The position numbers were made by a program, and so were the translations under genes. Shown in pieces: positions 11,257 through 24,618 of a stretch of 63,868 nucleotides of DNA (its first letter is position 1; each line of letters starts with the position of its first letter). The stretch spans positions 1 to 63,868 of the forward strand of contig NW_021832256.1 in NCBI RefSeq assembly GCF_006345805.1, read 5' to 3'. The notes under the pieces were generated by a model that had not been told where the DNA came from, searched no databases, and was given only the letters and a program-made list of their open reading frames with translations. Source of the DNA: Octopus sinensis. Its lineage: Eukaryota.

Positions 11257-14200
11257 TTACAGATTTATGCTTAAAATAGTGTCGTCTTTCATACTGACCA
11301 TTTTTGCCACTTTTACCCACTTTTTATTAAAACATTCGTTCGACAAAGCCTTCCTCTCTATTCTCATCCTCCTTGAAAAAGTTGACACTTGGTACTTGAA
11401 AAAGTTGACAAGAGACTTACCAGAGAGTAAGGTGTTTGTTTGCAGTCCTTTCAAACGCGTCCACCACACACATTCTTTCGCCATAGCCATCAGCGTAACG
11501 AAAACCGTGTTCCCTTCCCGTTTAAAGGAAGGTGGTGGAACAATATTCACGATAGACTCGGCCGATAGGAGGGCCCGACCTACACGTGACAACAGCTGTT
11601 CGACGAAGGACCACAGCTCTGAAATATCTGGACACTGCACGAGTGCGTGCAGAACGGTTTCGTCGCTCTGACCGCATCTCGGGCAGGTCGGTCCGGTGAT
11701 GGTTTTCGAACCGTGCCTGTAGCTCTTCTCTCGAACAGGTATGCGTCTCGCCTCGATAGCATTGCAAGCCAGGGATTTCTGGAAGTTATCCATAGGCCCC
11801 GGCCCGAACGTCGTCCTGAACAGGCGGGTTAGGAATTCCTCGTCGACGCCCAGGTTTGCCCCGAGTGTGTCGTCGGACCTCCCCTCCACTAGTCCTCTAT
11901 AGAACGCTTTAGTCGTTTGTAAGTTGCACAAGTTTGACCCCGGTCGGCAGAGCTGCTGTAGAGCTTGGCGACACTCTCGGTGCCAATCGCCCAGTTTCGG
12001 TCTCTTCTTGATCCACGTTTGCAGTTCGGTCAGTGAGACGAGCTGCGGGAAAGCGCGCCTCACAAACGGTGCCCACACCTGTTCACCGTCGTCGATGAAG
12101 TTCCAGAGATCGCAGTCTCAGCGCATGCCTGCGCATCATCAACCACGGCATGCCCAGTCCTCCATTCAACGGATGTTGACAGCAAATAGACTTCCTCACC
12201 ATCGGAACGCGGAAGAGTATGCGTTCCAGTTTGGTGATGGTGGCGTCGGGACAAGGCACGACGGTCAGGCGGTAATCGATGACGGATGCGATGTACGCGT
12301 TCGCCACCTCCGCCCGGCCTTTTAGAGACAGCTTTCTCTCGGCCCATGTTTGGCTGAGAGCGACCATTCTACTCGTGATCTCGTCCCAGTTCTTATCCAT
12401 TTGGAGGTCCGGACTGAACCAGACCCCGAGCAATTTAACCGATCCGTCCGTCCAGCGTCCCACTACTGAGCCACAGTCGGACGGCATGGGCTTGCTTCTC
12501 CAGGTGCCAAGTAGCAAACCCACTGACTTTTCCGGGTTAATCTTCGCTCCCGTCACCGTTTCGTATTTTCTTAGTGTCTCGCCTATCATCTGGATGTGTT
12601 TGTCGCTCGACTCTATGACGGTGACATCGTCCGCATATGCCGACACGCTCGTCCCGCAACCCAGTTCCCGTGGGATGCCCCTCAGTGTTGCCAGCTTCCG
12701 TAGTAGCGGCTCGAGAGTCAATACATACAGAAGCGCCGACAGGGGACACCCCTGACGGACCGAACGCGTGATGTCAAACGGTTTCGATAAGTGGCCATTC
12801 ACCCGAATCACCGATCGAATGCCGCTATACAAGGCAGCGATCCAACCGCAGAAGACGGGACCGAAGCCAGCCGCCCTGAGGACGGCCGCCAAGTACCGAT
12901 GGTCGACCCTATCGAAGGCTTTAGACTGATCCAAATTTATCAGCGCCCCACCCATGCCAGGATCCTTAACTACCCTGTCCACAATGTAGCACATCAGATG
13001 GAGGGTGTCATGTATGTTTCTGCCCGGCACAGCGCATGCTGCATGTCCTGTCGACCATTTACCAACCATGACAAGTGCCAACCTCTCGGCTATTACTTTG
13101 GCCAAAATTTTCAAATTTGCGTTGAGCAGAGTGATGGACCTGAAATCTATAAAATTCCCCTTGTTTGGGTCTTTCTTCAGCAACGTCACTGCACCTCGGC
13201 TCACGAAACCGGGGATTCTCCCGTTTTGTTGCCAGTTGCAGTAGACTGATGCCAAGAGGTCGCCAAACAAGCCTGGCATTTGACAATACAGCTCGTAGGG
13301 TAAACCATCCAATCCAGGCGACTTATCCCTCGCGCATCCCGCCATCGCATCCCGCACGTCAGCGGCTGTGATGGGACTTTCACAACACTCCGCTTCTCTT
13401 GCCGAGAGCCGCAACAAGTCGGTCAGGTAGGCACTGAAATCCATCCCGCGTTCCGACCCACCACTCGCACCAAACAGTCGAGCAAAGTGCTGTTGAAAGG
13501 CCTCACACATCCTTTCAGGTTCGAGTAAACTGCATCCCTGTTGATCTATTAGAGACCGAATGGTGGCTCTGTTGCCACGCTGCGCCTCCGCTACCCTGGC
13601 CTCTCGCGCAGCTTCGATCCCTTCGTTCCTTAAGGCACGCATTTTAGCTCTGACGACGCAACCTTCGTGCTTGGCGTTGGGTGTTGGTCGAGGGCCATCC
13701 TCGCAGCGCACGTTGGTTGCGCTGCCATTGGTATGCCTCTTCTAGTTTCTTAACTAGGTCTCTCTCTACTCTATTTCGATCTATCGCTAATTCCTTGCTA
13801 ACCTAATTGATTCCGATTTTATTGCCATTTTCAGGGCGGTACCACCAGCGGTTGTTAACGACGGCTCCCGTCAGCGCCTCTTGATTAACTCGCTAATCCG
13901 GTTCCTGTAAACCTGTCGCGCTAAGAGCGACGTGTTCAGTTTCCAGTAACCGGGACCCTGTCTATGTGTCTTATCTAAGTCGAGCGTACACGTCACAAAT
14001 TTGTGATCTGTGTAGCTGACTATTTTAAATTGTGGACATCCTACACTATCCTTATCCGCTGTCCTGCATAGAATTCTATCTAGATAAGATCTCGACGATC
14101 CGACGCGGTTTGTCCAAGTCCACGTTGGCACGTTCAGATGGTCGAGTCAGAACCTGTCAGACAAATGGAAACGTCTGAGTAGGTCTTTGAGGCACTTACA

Positions 14201-14683
14201 CCCCCCTCTATTCCTATCTATTCCCACATAATCTAGATGCGTGTCCAAGGTAGCGTTACAATCCCCTACTAACAGTAAAGGTCTAGACGTACCCAGGAAA
14301 ACCTCTAGACGTCTGAAGAAATCCGCCCGACCCGTTAAGGACGGTGCATAAACTGCCATCAGACGGAATGCACACCCATTTCTGCCATCCACGTCCAAGA
14401 CAACTAGCCTACCCGCCGGGTCTAGGAATATTGTTCTTACTTTTACATTTAGACTCTTTCGAAAAAGCACCGCGGTAGATCCACCACCCATGTTCGGCAG
14501 ACAAGGAGAAAAATAAATGTCAAATTGATCGCCAAACATGGACGCGAGGGCCCACGGCTTGCTGAGTCTAGTTTCACTGATAGCTACTATATCCACGTTC
14601 AGTGACTTGATGTTGTTTAGAAGGTAACCTTGCTTCCAAGCCGATGCCAAGCCACGCGCATTCACACAACCTAATTTAAGCAT
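11257..14683 (-). pseudogene. Element B ORF2 (APE-RT-zf), frameshifted with an internal deletion near 13.7 kb
   Basis: MLKLGCVNARGL, SYTDHK, LDQSKAFDRVDH, VRQGCPLS, AYADD, CPRCGQSDETVLHALVQC. Confidence 0.92.
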
Positions 14684-14771
14684 AATTGACGTTTACGAAA
14701 ATTGTGTTTCACACACTACATTGGAAGAGACAAGAGGCAAGAGGGAAGGTCACTTACTCATTTCGAAAGTT

Positions 14772-16518
14772 TCATTTTTTTTCTTCTTCTTTTGTAGTGT
14801 CTTTGATGAGGTGTTTGTATAGTTTTTTGGAGATGTATCGTTGAAACCCGCCTACCGCATTTGGAAATATTGTTTTCAGTGTATGGTGTTGTGTTTGTGT
14901 TATGTGTACAATTCTTATGTGTTTCGGTGGTGTGGTGCGCGGATGATTGTTTGTCTTAAAGTCATCTTCACAGATGTCCGTGTTGGATGCAATGTAATCC
15001 ATAAATTTTTTATTGTCTGTGTCTATTGCAGTTAGTTGTGTGTGTGGTTTTGCGGGTTCATTGATTTTTTGATTGTCTAGGGGGATGCTGTCCGGAGTTA
15101 AATATCTCCCTGCTTTACTTCCTTGTTTGGTAGGCTTTTTTAATCTTTTCCTTTTACCCCCTGTGGCTATTTGCCATTCCGTCGAACTTTCGTCGTCCGA
15201 CGAATCAGAAGGGGGTAAAGGTAAATCATTTGCGTTAATATGTATGCTTGTAGAAATTGTTGATGTTTTGTGCGGTGTTTGTGTTGTTGTGGTGTTAGGG
15301 GTAGAATTTGTCTTCTCGTCACTGTTTTCTGTCTTTTTAATTGTCGTCCTCGGTGTTGGTGTTGATCTATTTTTTGTTGGTTCAGCATGTTGAATTGGTT
15401 GCGACGTCAACAGTGATTGTGTTGGTACCGTTTCTTTTCTTGGTGATGTTGTTGGGGTTTGTTTGCTGGTTTGTTGTTTTTCTTGGCATTGTTCCATAAT
15501 TGAGTGTGTTGGTGTTGGTGTTGGTTTTGGCAACAAGGGTTTTTTATTTGTTTTCTGATTTGTTCTTTCTTGTTTTTTTCTGTGCCAGAGCGCACTTGGC
15601 AATTAAATGTTCTGGGCTGCCACAGTTGTAGCATCTAGGCTTTTTGCCTTCTGCTACAACATATAGGCTTTGCCCATTTTCTAAGTGGATCCTATCAGGT
15701 AGGTTCTCGATAGAGGACCCCTCAATCATGATGTTCACTACTATTGTTTTTCCACTCCAATTGTCGTTTTCGTATACGGCAATCTCTAAAATATTTATAG
15801 TTTTCAAATGGTAACAGATTGCCCCTGTTATCCATTTGTTAGAAATCTCGGGGGGTACATTTTTAATAGTAATTCTACTGACTCTCTGGCCTTTGTAATA
15901 AGGTACCATGATGATTTCATCATTCTGCAAAGACTCCGTAGAGTGAGCTTTTGCCACTTCCTGTTTAGGGAAGCGGACCACCACTGTATTAAACTGGGGA
16001 CCCCAGTTTTTTTTTTTTTCATTATGTTTTTTAAACACTTTTCTATGTCCGTTTTTGTAATCTGTTCATTTCGTTTTTTGTTTTTTCTTATAATTTTATA
16101 TATAATTGTCTTATTTTCTATTTGTACCTTTATGTGTTGAGGTGTATGCAGCACTAAATCTTGCCCTTGAGTTGTAAAGAGTGCTCTCGTTTCTATTAAC
16201 TCTTCATTCGTAAATTTTACTATTTCTTTTTTTGTGACGCAGAGTGTCAGCGAAATTTACTGGTGTTGTTGATTCTTTTATATTAACGTCTTCACTATGA
16301 GATAGTAAGATATTTATTTCATTTTTATTGTTGTTCTTCTTGTTGTTGTTGTTTTTGTTAATAGTATTCGCGTGAGTTTCATTTTTATCATTTATGTTGG
16401 TGGTGGTGGAGGTGGTGGTGGTAGCAGTAGTAGTCTCGTTGTTGTTGTTAGTGGTGGTGGTGGTGGTGGTGGTGGTGACAGGGCTGTTACCGCAAGTGGT
16501 TGCAGCGTTCACTACCAC
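14772..16518 (-). pseudogene. Element B ORF1 (CCHC knuckle), frameshifted
   Basis: KPRCYNCGSPEHLIAKC; SDSSDDESSTEWQIAT resembles element A SDSSEISSEDETSEEWQIAT. Confidence 0.8.
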
Positions 16519-16835
16519 GTCATTCAGGTTTGCACTTTGCGTGCATAAGTTCTTTTTTTCACCTAGCGTTTCCAGACTAGGAAAATGCTAGTCCATAAAG
16601 GAACGCGACCAGCGTTCTACAATAAAATTTCTCGATATTTTCTAATGTCGAGAAGAAAATTACACTAATTAAATAGGGTTGAAACTGCCCCTAGGGACGA
16701 ATTCCTCCCTTGGAAAAGCACCCAAACGAAAGTTGGGTGCCTTACACACCTTATTTACAAAAATGTACACAAAATATTGGCTATAAATAGTCAAAATAAA
16801 CGATTACCTTCGGAGCCGAGATGACAGTACGTCCG

Positions 16836-16871
<36 letters not shown>

Positions 16872-16876
16872 GAGAC

Positions 16877-16936
<60 letters not shown>

Positions 16937-16948
16937 GGATAGATAGGC

Positions 16949-17011
<63 letters not shown>

Positions 17012-17026
17012 ATAGATGGATGGATG

Positions 17027-17107
<81 letters not shown>
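16836..17107. repeat. (GACA)n(GATA)n microsatellite at the 5' end of element B
   Basis: Direct inspection. Confidence 0.95.
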
Positions 17108-17109
17108 GC

Positions 17110-17560
17110 GGACCGCAACTCGTCCATGAACCAACTAGAAGCAACCAAATTGCTTTGGATCTAGTGGTAAGCAATCATGCTAACACTATCCATGACATAA
17201 CAGTGGAGAGAACCCTCTTGGCCGATCGTGACAAAGTACTCTGTAACCTCAATCTTCAGCATCTAAAAATTTGGCATAAATCACAAACTCCAGTGCGCCC
17301 ATTTGATAATATGAATTTACACAGGTGAAACTGGAGTGCGATCACACAAGACTTATCTCAAGTGGGCTGGTCCTTCACCGTTGCTTCCTCCAGTACCACA
17401 ACTAACACAAACGCATGACAACTATTTGAGGACACAATCACCCACCCATGCTCAAAACACGCATCCTCACGACTCGTAAGGAACAGTAGATGCAGGATTG
17501 CAAAACAGAAAAGCACTCATCAGGAGGATAAAAACAATAAACCGAAAAATCAAAACTCTA
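17110..17560 (+). mobile_element. CR1/L2-like LINE fragment (APE C-terminus and linker)
   Basis: Translates to [21 protein letters not shown]...LADRDKVLCNL, resembling the APE PTR...LDL...SDH motifs. Confidence 0.6.
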
Positions 17561-17567
17561 AAAGACC

Positions 17568-18353
17568 TATTTCTTTACTACCCACAAGGGGCTAAACACA
17601 GAGAGGACAAACAAGGACAGACACACGGACTAAGTCGATTATATCGACCCCAGTGCGTAACTGGTACTTATTTAATCGACCCCGAAAGGATGAAAGGTGA
17701 AGTCGACCTCGGCGGAATTTGAACTCAGAACGTAACAGCAGACGAAATACCTATTTCTTACTACTCACAAGGGCTAACACAGAGAGGACAAACAAGGACA
17801 GACAAACGGATTAAGTCAATTACATCGACCCCAGTGCGTAACTGGTACTTATTTAATCGACCCCGAAAGGATGAAAGGCAAAGTTGACCTCGGCGGAATT
17901 TGAACTCAGAACGTAAAAACAGAAATACCTATTTCTTTACTACCCACAAGGGGTTAAACACAGAGAGGACAAACAAGGACAGACAAACGGATTAAGTCAA
18001 TTACATCGACCCCAGTGCGAAACTGGTACTTATTTAAACGACCCCGAAAGGATGAAAGGCAAAGTTGACCTCGGCGGAATTTGAACTCAGAACGTAAAAA
18101 CAGAAATACCTATTTCTTTACTACCCACAAGGGGCTAAACACAGAGAGGACAAACAAGGACAGACAAACGGATTAAGTCAATTACATTGATCCCAGTGCG
18201 TAACTGGTACTTAATTTATCGACCCCGAAAGGATGAAAGGCAAATTCGACCTGGGCGGAATTTGAACTCAGAACGTAGCGGCAGAGGAAATACTGGTAAG
18301 CATTTCGCCCGGCCTGCTAACGTTTCTGCCAGTTTGCCACCTAAATACCACAA
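17568..18353 (-). mobile_element. SINE family M (tRNA head + central domain + Tx1-like tail): one headed copy plus three tandem 3' units
   Basis: Unit boundaries at 17568, 17752, 17930 and 18111; single head at ~18290-18353; core GCCTTTCATCCTTTCGGGGTCGAT resembles the Meta/Sauria-type domain as I recall it (unverified). Confidence 0.85.
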
Positions 18354-18719
18354 CTTTCTATCACTCTTTCTTCCTGTTTCTTGTCCTCGACTTCCTACGC
18401 AACCGCATTCATCCATCCGTCGATGCTCTCGGTGTCAGGGGTTAACTTGCTTTCTCTTCTGCGGGTCTTACGAATAGTAAAGGACCACGTTTCGGACTAG
18501 GGACGAAGACCTCTTCGCTCAACAAACAAACAGCAACATTAGCTGAAGTGTGCACATCAACAAAAAAGTCGATGTTGCCCGCATAATGTGCTCATGTATC
18601 CTCAGAACTTTGCAATCTAGGGGTCATGAAACCATCATCATTCTCCTTTCTACATTCGTTTGGCCCCACCACGAATACTGCTTTTGAGTATGGTCGTTGC
18701 CAGAACTGCCTGACTGGCC

Positions 18720-18860
18720 CTCATGCCATAGTAAAAGCATCCACTACACTCTAAGAGTGGTTGGCGCTAGGAAGGGCATCCAGCTGTTAAAACTTTGCCA
18801 GATCAGATTGAGCCTGGTGCAGCCTTCTGGCTTGCCAGTCCTCAGTCAAACCGTCCATGT
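18720..18860 (+). mobile_element. 3' UTR fragment of the RTE-like LINE (family C)
   Basis: GAGTGGTTGGCGCTAGGAAGGGCATCCAGCTG matches the 3' UTR at 39705-40280. Confidence 0.7.
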
Positions 18861-18873
18861 ATATATGTATGTA

Positions 18874-18912
<39 letters not shown>

Positions 18913-19139
18913 GTCAGGTCACTTTCGAGTGCTACTGGTAACATGTAACCCAGTACAACCTGTTGCATTGTCGGGTTGTCGGTGACTAAACCAGCAACTC
19001 CACCAAGCTGACTTGGTGAGGAGAGTGTTTATTGGACACCCTGCGGGATGAAAAACAAAACCCGTCAAAGGGCGGAGGAACTCTTGAGAGTCAACGGCCA
19101 TCCAATAAATGTCTTAAAGCTGTATCATGCGTAGGGACA

Positions 19140-19310
19140 TACATCATCATCATCATTGTTCGACCGTGGTCGAGACAATGGAATTTACCATGCTACGCCA
19201 GACTTCACGGTCCATCATAGCATTACGGAGGTCCTGTTGCTGGATGCCTGTATCCCTGGAGATTACATCAGGGTAGGAGAGTGTGCGCCCTCTGGTATTG
19301 CGAGTAGATG
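19140..19310 (-). mobile_element. RTE-like LINE 3' end with (GAT)n tail
   Basis: Reads RGRTLSYPDVISRDTG...AMMDREVWR; second copy at 53750-53875 (+). Confidence 0.65.
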
Positions 19311-19350
19311 GACATACATACATACATACATACATACATACATACATACA

Positions 19351-20530
19351 TTATGGCTGCCCCCTCGTTATCGAGTATGGCCACTGCACGAAGCTTAACT
19401 GTTACTGGTGCTGTGATCGAATGTGACTTTTTAGCCCAGCTAAAGATCTACAATGTCTTGTACAGAATTGGCAACTAAAACCTTTACTGGTAATAGCCGG
19501 CTGTAGTTGTAACTGGGCTTCATGTACCTTTGCATGTCGTTTAAGTCCTCCTGCCGAATTACACTCTCTTCCACATGCCCGACAGATATGATTAGTATGG
19601 TGTGTTACACCACCACCATTAGCCAGGTTGTCACTCATCTGTCTAGTTTTATGACTACGAAGATGACTCATGAGTCCAGCTTTACTGAGGCAGTGTCTTG
19701 CACAGACATTGCATGTCAGAATCAAAGGAAAACCCTTCCCTTCTGGAAGTGTAACAGCGATGCCCTTCCTGACATCTCTCCTTACTTTCTCATGTGCAAC
19801 TCGAGATTTCTCAAAAGTAGCTGTCCCCTCGTGCACAATCCTTCTCCACCTGCTACGATCAATAGCTATGCCTTCCCATGTGTCAGGAGAGATGCAAGCA
19901 TCTCTTAAGGAAGCCTTCAGCAAGTCCTTATACCTCTTTTTTGGTTTATGTGGAGGTCGTTCTCCTTTAGCTAACTCTCCATAAAAGAGTTGTTTTGGCA
20001 TCCTTGAATCCTTCATCCTGACCAGATGACCACTCCATCTGAGCCTTTGCTTTAACACAAGAGCTTCCATACTTTCACACCGAGAGCCTTCCAATATTTC
20101 AAGATCACTGATGCGATCCTCCCACTTAATGCCATAGATCCGTCTGAGACACACCTGATGGAAATGTTCCAGTTGTTTAAGGTGGTATCGATATGTGACC
20201 CACGTCTCGCAGGTATAGAGAAGAGAAGGGAGGACACATGTCTTGTACACCTTTATCTTTGTCTTTCTGCATATGTCTCGCTGACTCCAGGGGCGCCTTT
20301 CTAGCCTTCCGAAAGCATCACTTGCTTTCCTAATTCAGTATGGAATTTCACCATCCAAATTGCTATATCTATTAACAGTGCTTCCCGGGTAGACAAACTG
20401 ATCGACTACATCAAGTCGTTTACCATACACATAGATATTTGGTACACTATACTGCCTACCAGGGGTAGTTTGGTACATGACAACAGTTTCTTGAGACTGA
20501 CTGTCAACTCTAAGGCAGTGCAAGCATCAG
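19351..20530 (-). mobile_element. 5'-truncated RTE/BovB-like LINE with three C-terminal C2H2 fingers and (ATGT)n tail
   Basis: YKTCVLPSLLYTCETW...RLRWSGHLVRM...QLFYGEL (RTE RT C-terminus), then three CxxC...HxxxH fingers. Confidence 0.85.
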
Positions 20531-20610
20531 AGAATGCATTCATATATACATACATACATTCATTCATACATACATACATACATACATACATACAGACATA
20601 CAGACATGCA

Positions 20611-21200
20611 TTATTATGACTGCCCCCCGTTATCGAGTATGGCCATTGCACGAAGCTTAACTGTTACTGGTGCTGTGATCGAATGTGACTTTTTAGCCCA
20701 GCTAAAGATCTACAATGTCTTGTACAAAATTGGCAACTAAAACCTTTTTCTGGTTATAGTCGGCTGTAGTTGTAACTGGGCTTCATGTACCTTTGCATGT
20801 CGTTTAAGTCCTCCTGCCAAATTACACTCTCTTCCACATGCCCGACAGATATGATTAGTATGGTGTGTTACACCACCACCAGTGGCCAGGTTGTCACTCA
20901 TCTGTCTCGCTTTATGACTACGAAGATGACTCGTGAGTCCAGCTTTTTTACTGAGGCAGGGTCTTGCACAGACATTGCATGTCAGCATCAAAGGAAGACC
21001 CTTCCCATCTGGAAGTGTAACAGCGATGTCCTTCCTGACATCCCTCCTTACTTTCTCGAGTGCAACTCGAGATTTCTCAAAAGTGGCTGTCCCCTCATGC
21101 ACAATCCTTCTCCACCTGCTACGATCAATAGCTATGCCTTCCCATGCGTCAGGAGAGATGCAAGCATCTCTTAAGGAAGCCTTAAGCAAGTCCTTATACT
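20611..21200 (-). mobile_element. Second, shorter copy of the same RTE family
   Basis: Near-identical to 19351-19930 with a small deletion; same tail. Confidence 0.85.
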
Positions 21201-21354
21201 TTGACTTGTTGACATACATACATACGTACATACATACATACATACGTACGTACGTACATACATACATACATACATACATACATACATACATACATACATA
21301 CATACATACACACACATACATACAAACACACATACATACATGTTTGCATACGAC

Positions 21355-21510
21355 GAGTTTCCTCACAGTTTCCGTCAACCAGCTTCCTTCTCAAGTCATG
21401 AGCAGTCCCGAGGCTGATAGAAGACACTCGTCGAAGGTGGCACGCAGTGAGATTGAACCTGAAACCACGTGGTTTTGGATGCAAACTTCTTACCACACAG
21501 CCACACAGTC
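21355..21510 (-). mobile_element. SINE family A 5' fragment (diverged)
   Basis: Reverse complement GTGGCTGTGTGGTAAGAAGTTTGC...GGTTCAATCTCACTGCGTGCCACC. Confidence 0.6.
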
Positions 21511-22055
21511 CGTCATGCACTTACGTACCCTTTAAATCTTGGCCTGGCTAACAATACCTGTGCCCACCCAAAGGAGAATGGCATAGCCCACTCAGAATCG
21601 GTTGTTGTGGGTCGTCAGTACTGTTGTGGGTGTCACAAAAAGAATCTCGTTGCTCCACTGCTTATCTACCTGTTTAAATGGCATAAGTTTGGCAAACCCT
21701 TTGGATCAGTGAGATGGTGTATGTATGTGTGTGTGTGGGGGTGGGTGGGTGTAAGGGGGCACTGATTTTGTTCGTCTTCTATAACTTATATTGTTGTTGT
21801 TGTTGTTGTTTTTCTTCTTCTTGTTCTACTTCTTCTTCCCCTCCTCCTTTCCTCGCTTCCCCTTCCATATTCCCCTACTCTTCTTTCCCTTCCGCCCTCC
21901 CCCTCCTCCACCTCCCCTCCCCCTCCCCCTCCTCCCCCTCCTTTAGAAAGTGTTTTCTACTATAGCCCCGAACCAACCAAAGCTCTGTGAATGGATTTTA
22001 GAAAGGAAACTAAAAGAAGCCCGTCGTACACACACACATACATATATATATCTAT

Positions 22056-22118
<63 letters not shown>

Positions 22119-23594
22119 CGTATATATAGAATAATTAAGTAGGTGAATGAATTATCCTAGTATGGATAATTCGGTTAACCGATACCCGGGTAGCAATTCA
22201 CGTCAGAAATCACAGTTGAAGCTCCATGCCAAGGGCAGAAATCCCGTGCTTTACACACACACACATGTACGCACATACACACACACATATACGCACATAC
22301 ATATATACCTACACACATGCACACACACACACACACACACACGCACATGCATACGCATACAGGCATACATGCATACACACACACACACGCACGTACACAT
22401 ACATACACACACACACACATACATACACCCATACACATACATGCATCCTACACACACAGACATACACACTCACACATACATACACACACACACACTCACA
22501 CACCTGCATGTACGCGTACACACATGCACATACACACACTTCCACACACACACACGTACATACATACACACTAATACACATACACACACACACGGACATA
22601 CATCTATATACACACATATACACACACATACATACATTCATCGGACACACTGACACCCAGACTTACACACATACATACTTACACACACACTCGCAGGCAC
22701 GCGCACATACACGCTTGTGCACGTTCGCGCACGCATACACGCATGCATGCACCACGCTCGTGGTTGACCGACTAGATCTCCTGTACGTATCTGGGGCCGG
22801 CGCGTGTCTTTGGGTTCTCCCACGCCTGTCGCCGCGGGACCACTCTTCCATCTTCCCCTTTCCCCCCTCTCCGCTGCAGTTTTTTTCCTTAACCCCCCCC
22901 TCTTTGTACACACACGCACACACATACACACACCCACTCACACACACACATTTGCATACATATATACATTACACTTACACACACTTCAAATTTACTTGCC
23001 ATACACACAACTACGCACACTGGACACACACACACACACTACCACTCAACACACACACTGGCACGTTACATACGCCCCCACCCTTTCCCTCCTTCCCTTC
23101 TTCCCTCCTTCCTCCCTTGTTTTACCACTGACCACTCACTCGAGACTTGCTATGTCATCCGTTCGCCCTGCACGCACTAACATATACATATTTTTTGTTT
23201 TTTTATCTCGCCTCACACACACATACACACACGCACACGCACACGCACACACTCACACATACATACACACGCACACACACATACCTCCCTGTTTCTGATC
23301 TGCCTTTCTGACTTGCTAGGGTACCCCCACACCACTCCTTTAATTCTACTACTGCCTGCTACTAGCCACTGTCCACCATACACACACATACACACACACG
23401 CACGCACTCACACACACACCCTCGTCTTCTCGCACACCTTTTTTACCATTCCCTCTTTGATTCAGCTCTCCTGTTTTTAAAAAATATTTTCCTCCTTTTT
23501 TACAACTTCTGTCTTTTTAGTATGTGACCTCGTGAAGACTACCTGCAATTTCTTTTCCTCTGTCCTCCCGTCTCGGGATCTTTCTTTCTCCTAT

Positions 23595-23629
23595 GTTTCC
23601 GACGAAGAGCTCCGCTCGAAACGTCATAC
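23595..23629 (+). ncRNA. Degenerate minimal hammerhead ribozyme (Penelope-type)
   Basis: CCGACGA (core U4 mutated), stem II GAGC/GCTC, GAAACGTC, imperfect stem I. Confidence 0.4.
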
Positions 23630-23720
23630 CCTCCTTCTTCCATTTTCCTGAGCGCCTAATAATAATAATACTGTAATTGTTCCACGTGTTGTTGTTTTTT
23701 CTGTTTTCCCGTTTGGATTA

Positions 23721-23769
<49 letters not shown>

Positions 23770-23770
<1 letters not shown>

Positions 23771-24583
23771 TGCGGATTCCATGCACAGCGAGGCTCACCA
23801 ATGGAGAAGTTCTTAAGCAGATCAGGCCGAAAATGTCGCTAGAAGCTGGGATCACCAAGCATAGATTGGCTATATTTCGGTCATATTATGCGGAGAGAAT
23901 CCCTGGAGAAGGACATCATGCTCGGAATGGTCAGTGGCAAGAGAGGAAGAGGCCGACCAATGGAGAGGTTCTTAAGCAGATCAGGCCGAAAATGTCGCTA
24001 GAAGCTGGGATCACCAAGCATAGATTGGCATATTTCGGTCATATTATGTGGAGAGAATCCCTGGAAAAGGACATCATGCTCGGAATGGTCAGTGGCAAGA
24101 GAGGAAGAGGCCGACCAATGGAGAGGTTCTTAAGCAGATCAGGCCGAAAATGTCGCTAGAAGCTGGGATCACCAAGCAAAAAAGATTGGCATTATTTCGG
24201 TCATATTATGCGGAGAGAATCCCTGGATAAGGACATCATGCTCGGAATGGTCAGTGGCAAGAGAGGAAGAGGCCGACCAATGGAGAGGTCTTAAGCAGAT
24301 CAGGCCGAAAATGTCGCTAGAAGCTGGGATCACCAAGCGTAGTTAGATTGGCATATTTCGGTCATATTATGTGGAGAGAATCCCTGGAGAAGGACATCAT
24401 GCTCGGAATGGTCAGTGGCAAGGTAGTGGCCAGAGGGAGAGGCCGACAAAGAACCCACTGGCTTGACACCATCAGGAGTGATACCGGAATGGACATGGCC
24501 AATCTGAAGGAAGCGGCCCAGGATAGAACTGATTGGAGGACACTGATCCAACGAGTAACCGAGAGTCGACTTCGACTGAGCGG

Positions 24584-24618
<35 letters not shown>

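Larger units (their letters stand above)
10961..16835 (-). mobile_element. Near full-length Tx1/L1-clade retrotransposon, element B (related but diverged family)
   Basis: Same ORF1-ORF2 layout; 3' end TAGCCCTGTGTGGCTACAATAAAACGT joined to (TATC)n; 5' end abuts GATA/GACA tract. Confidence 0.92.

Noticed and set aside
19402-20250. Host C2H2 zinc-finger transcription factor
   Set aside because: The fingers are in frame with an RTE reverse-transcriptase C-terminus and followed by a LINE tail.
21530-21680. Possible minus-strand coding exon (TTTAAACAG acceptor, GT donors)
   Set aside because: All frames from the main acceptor contain stops and no peptide was recognisable; a UTR exon cannot be excluded without RNA data.
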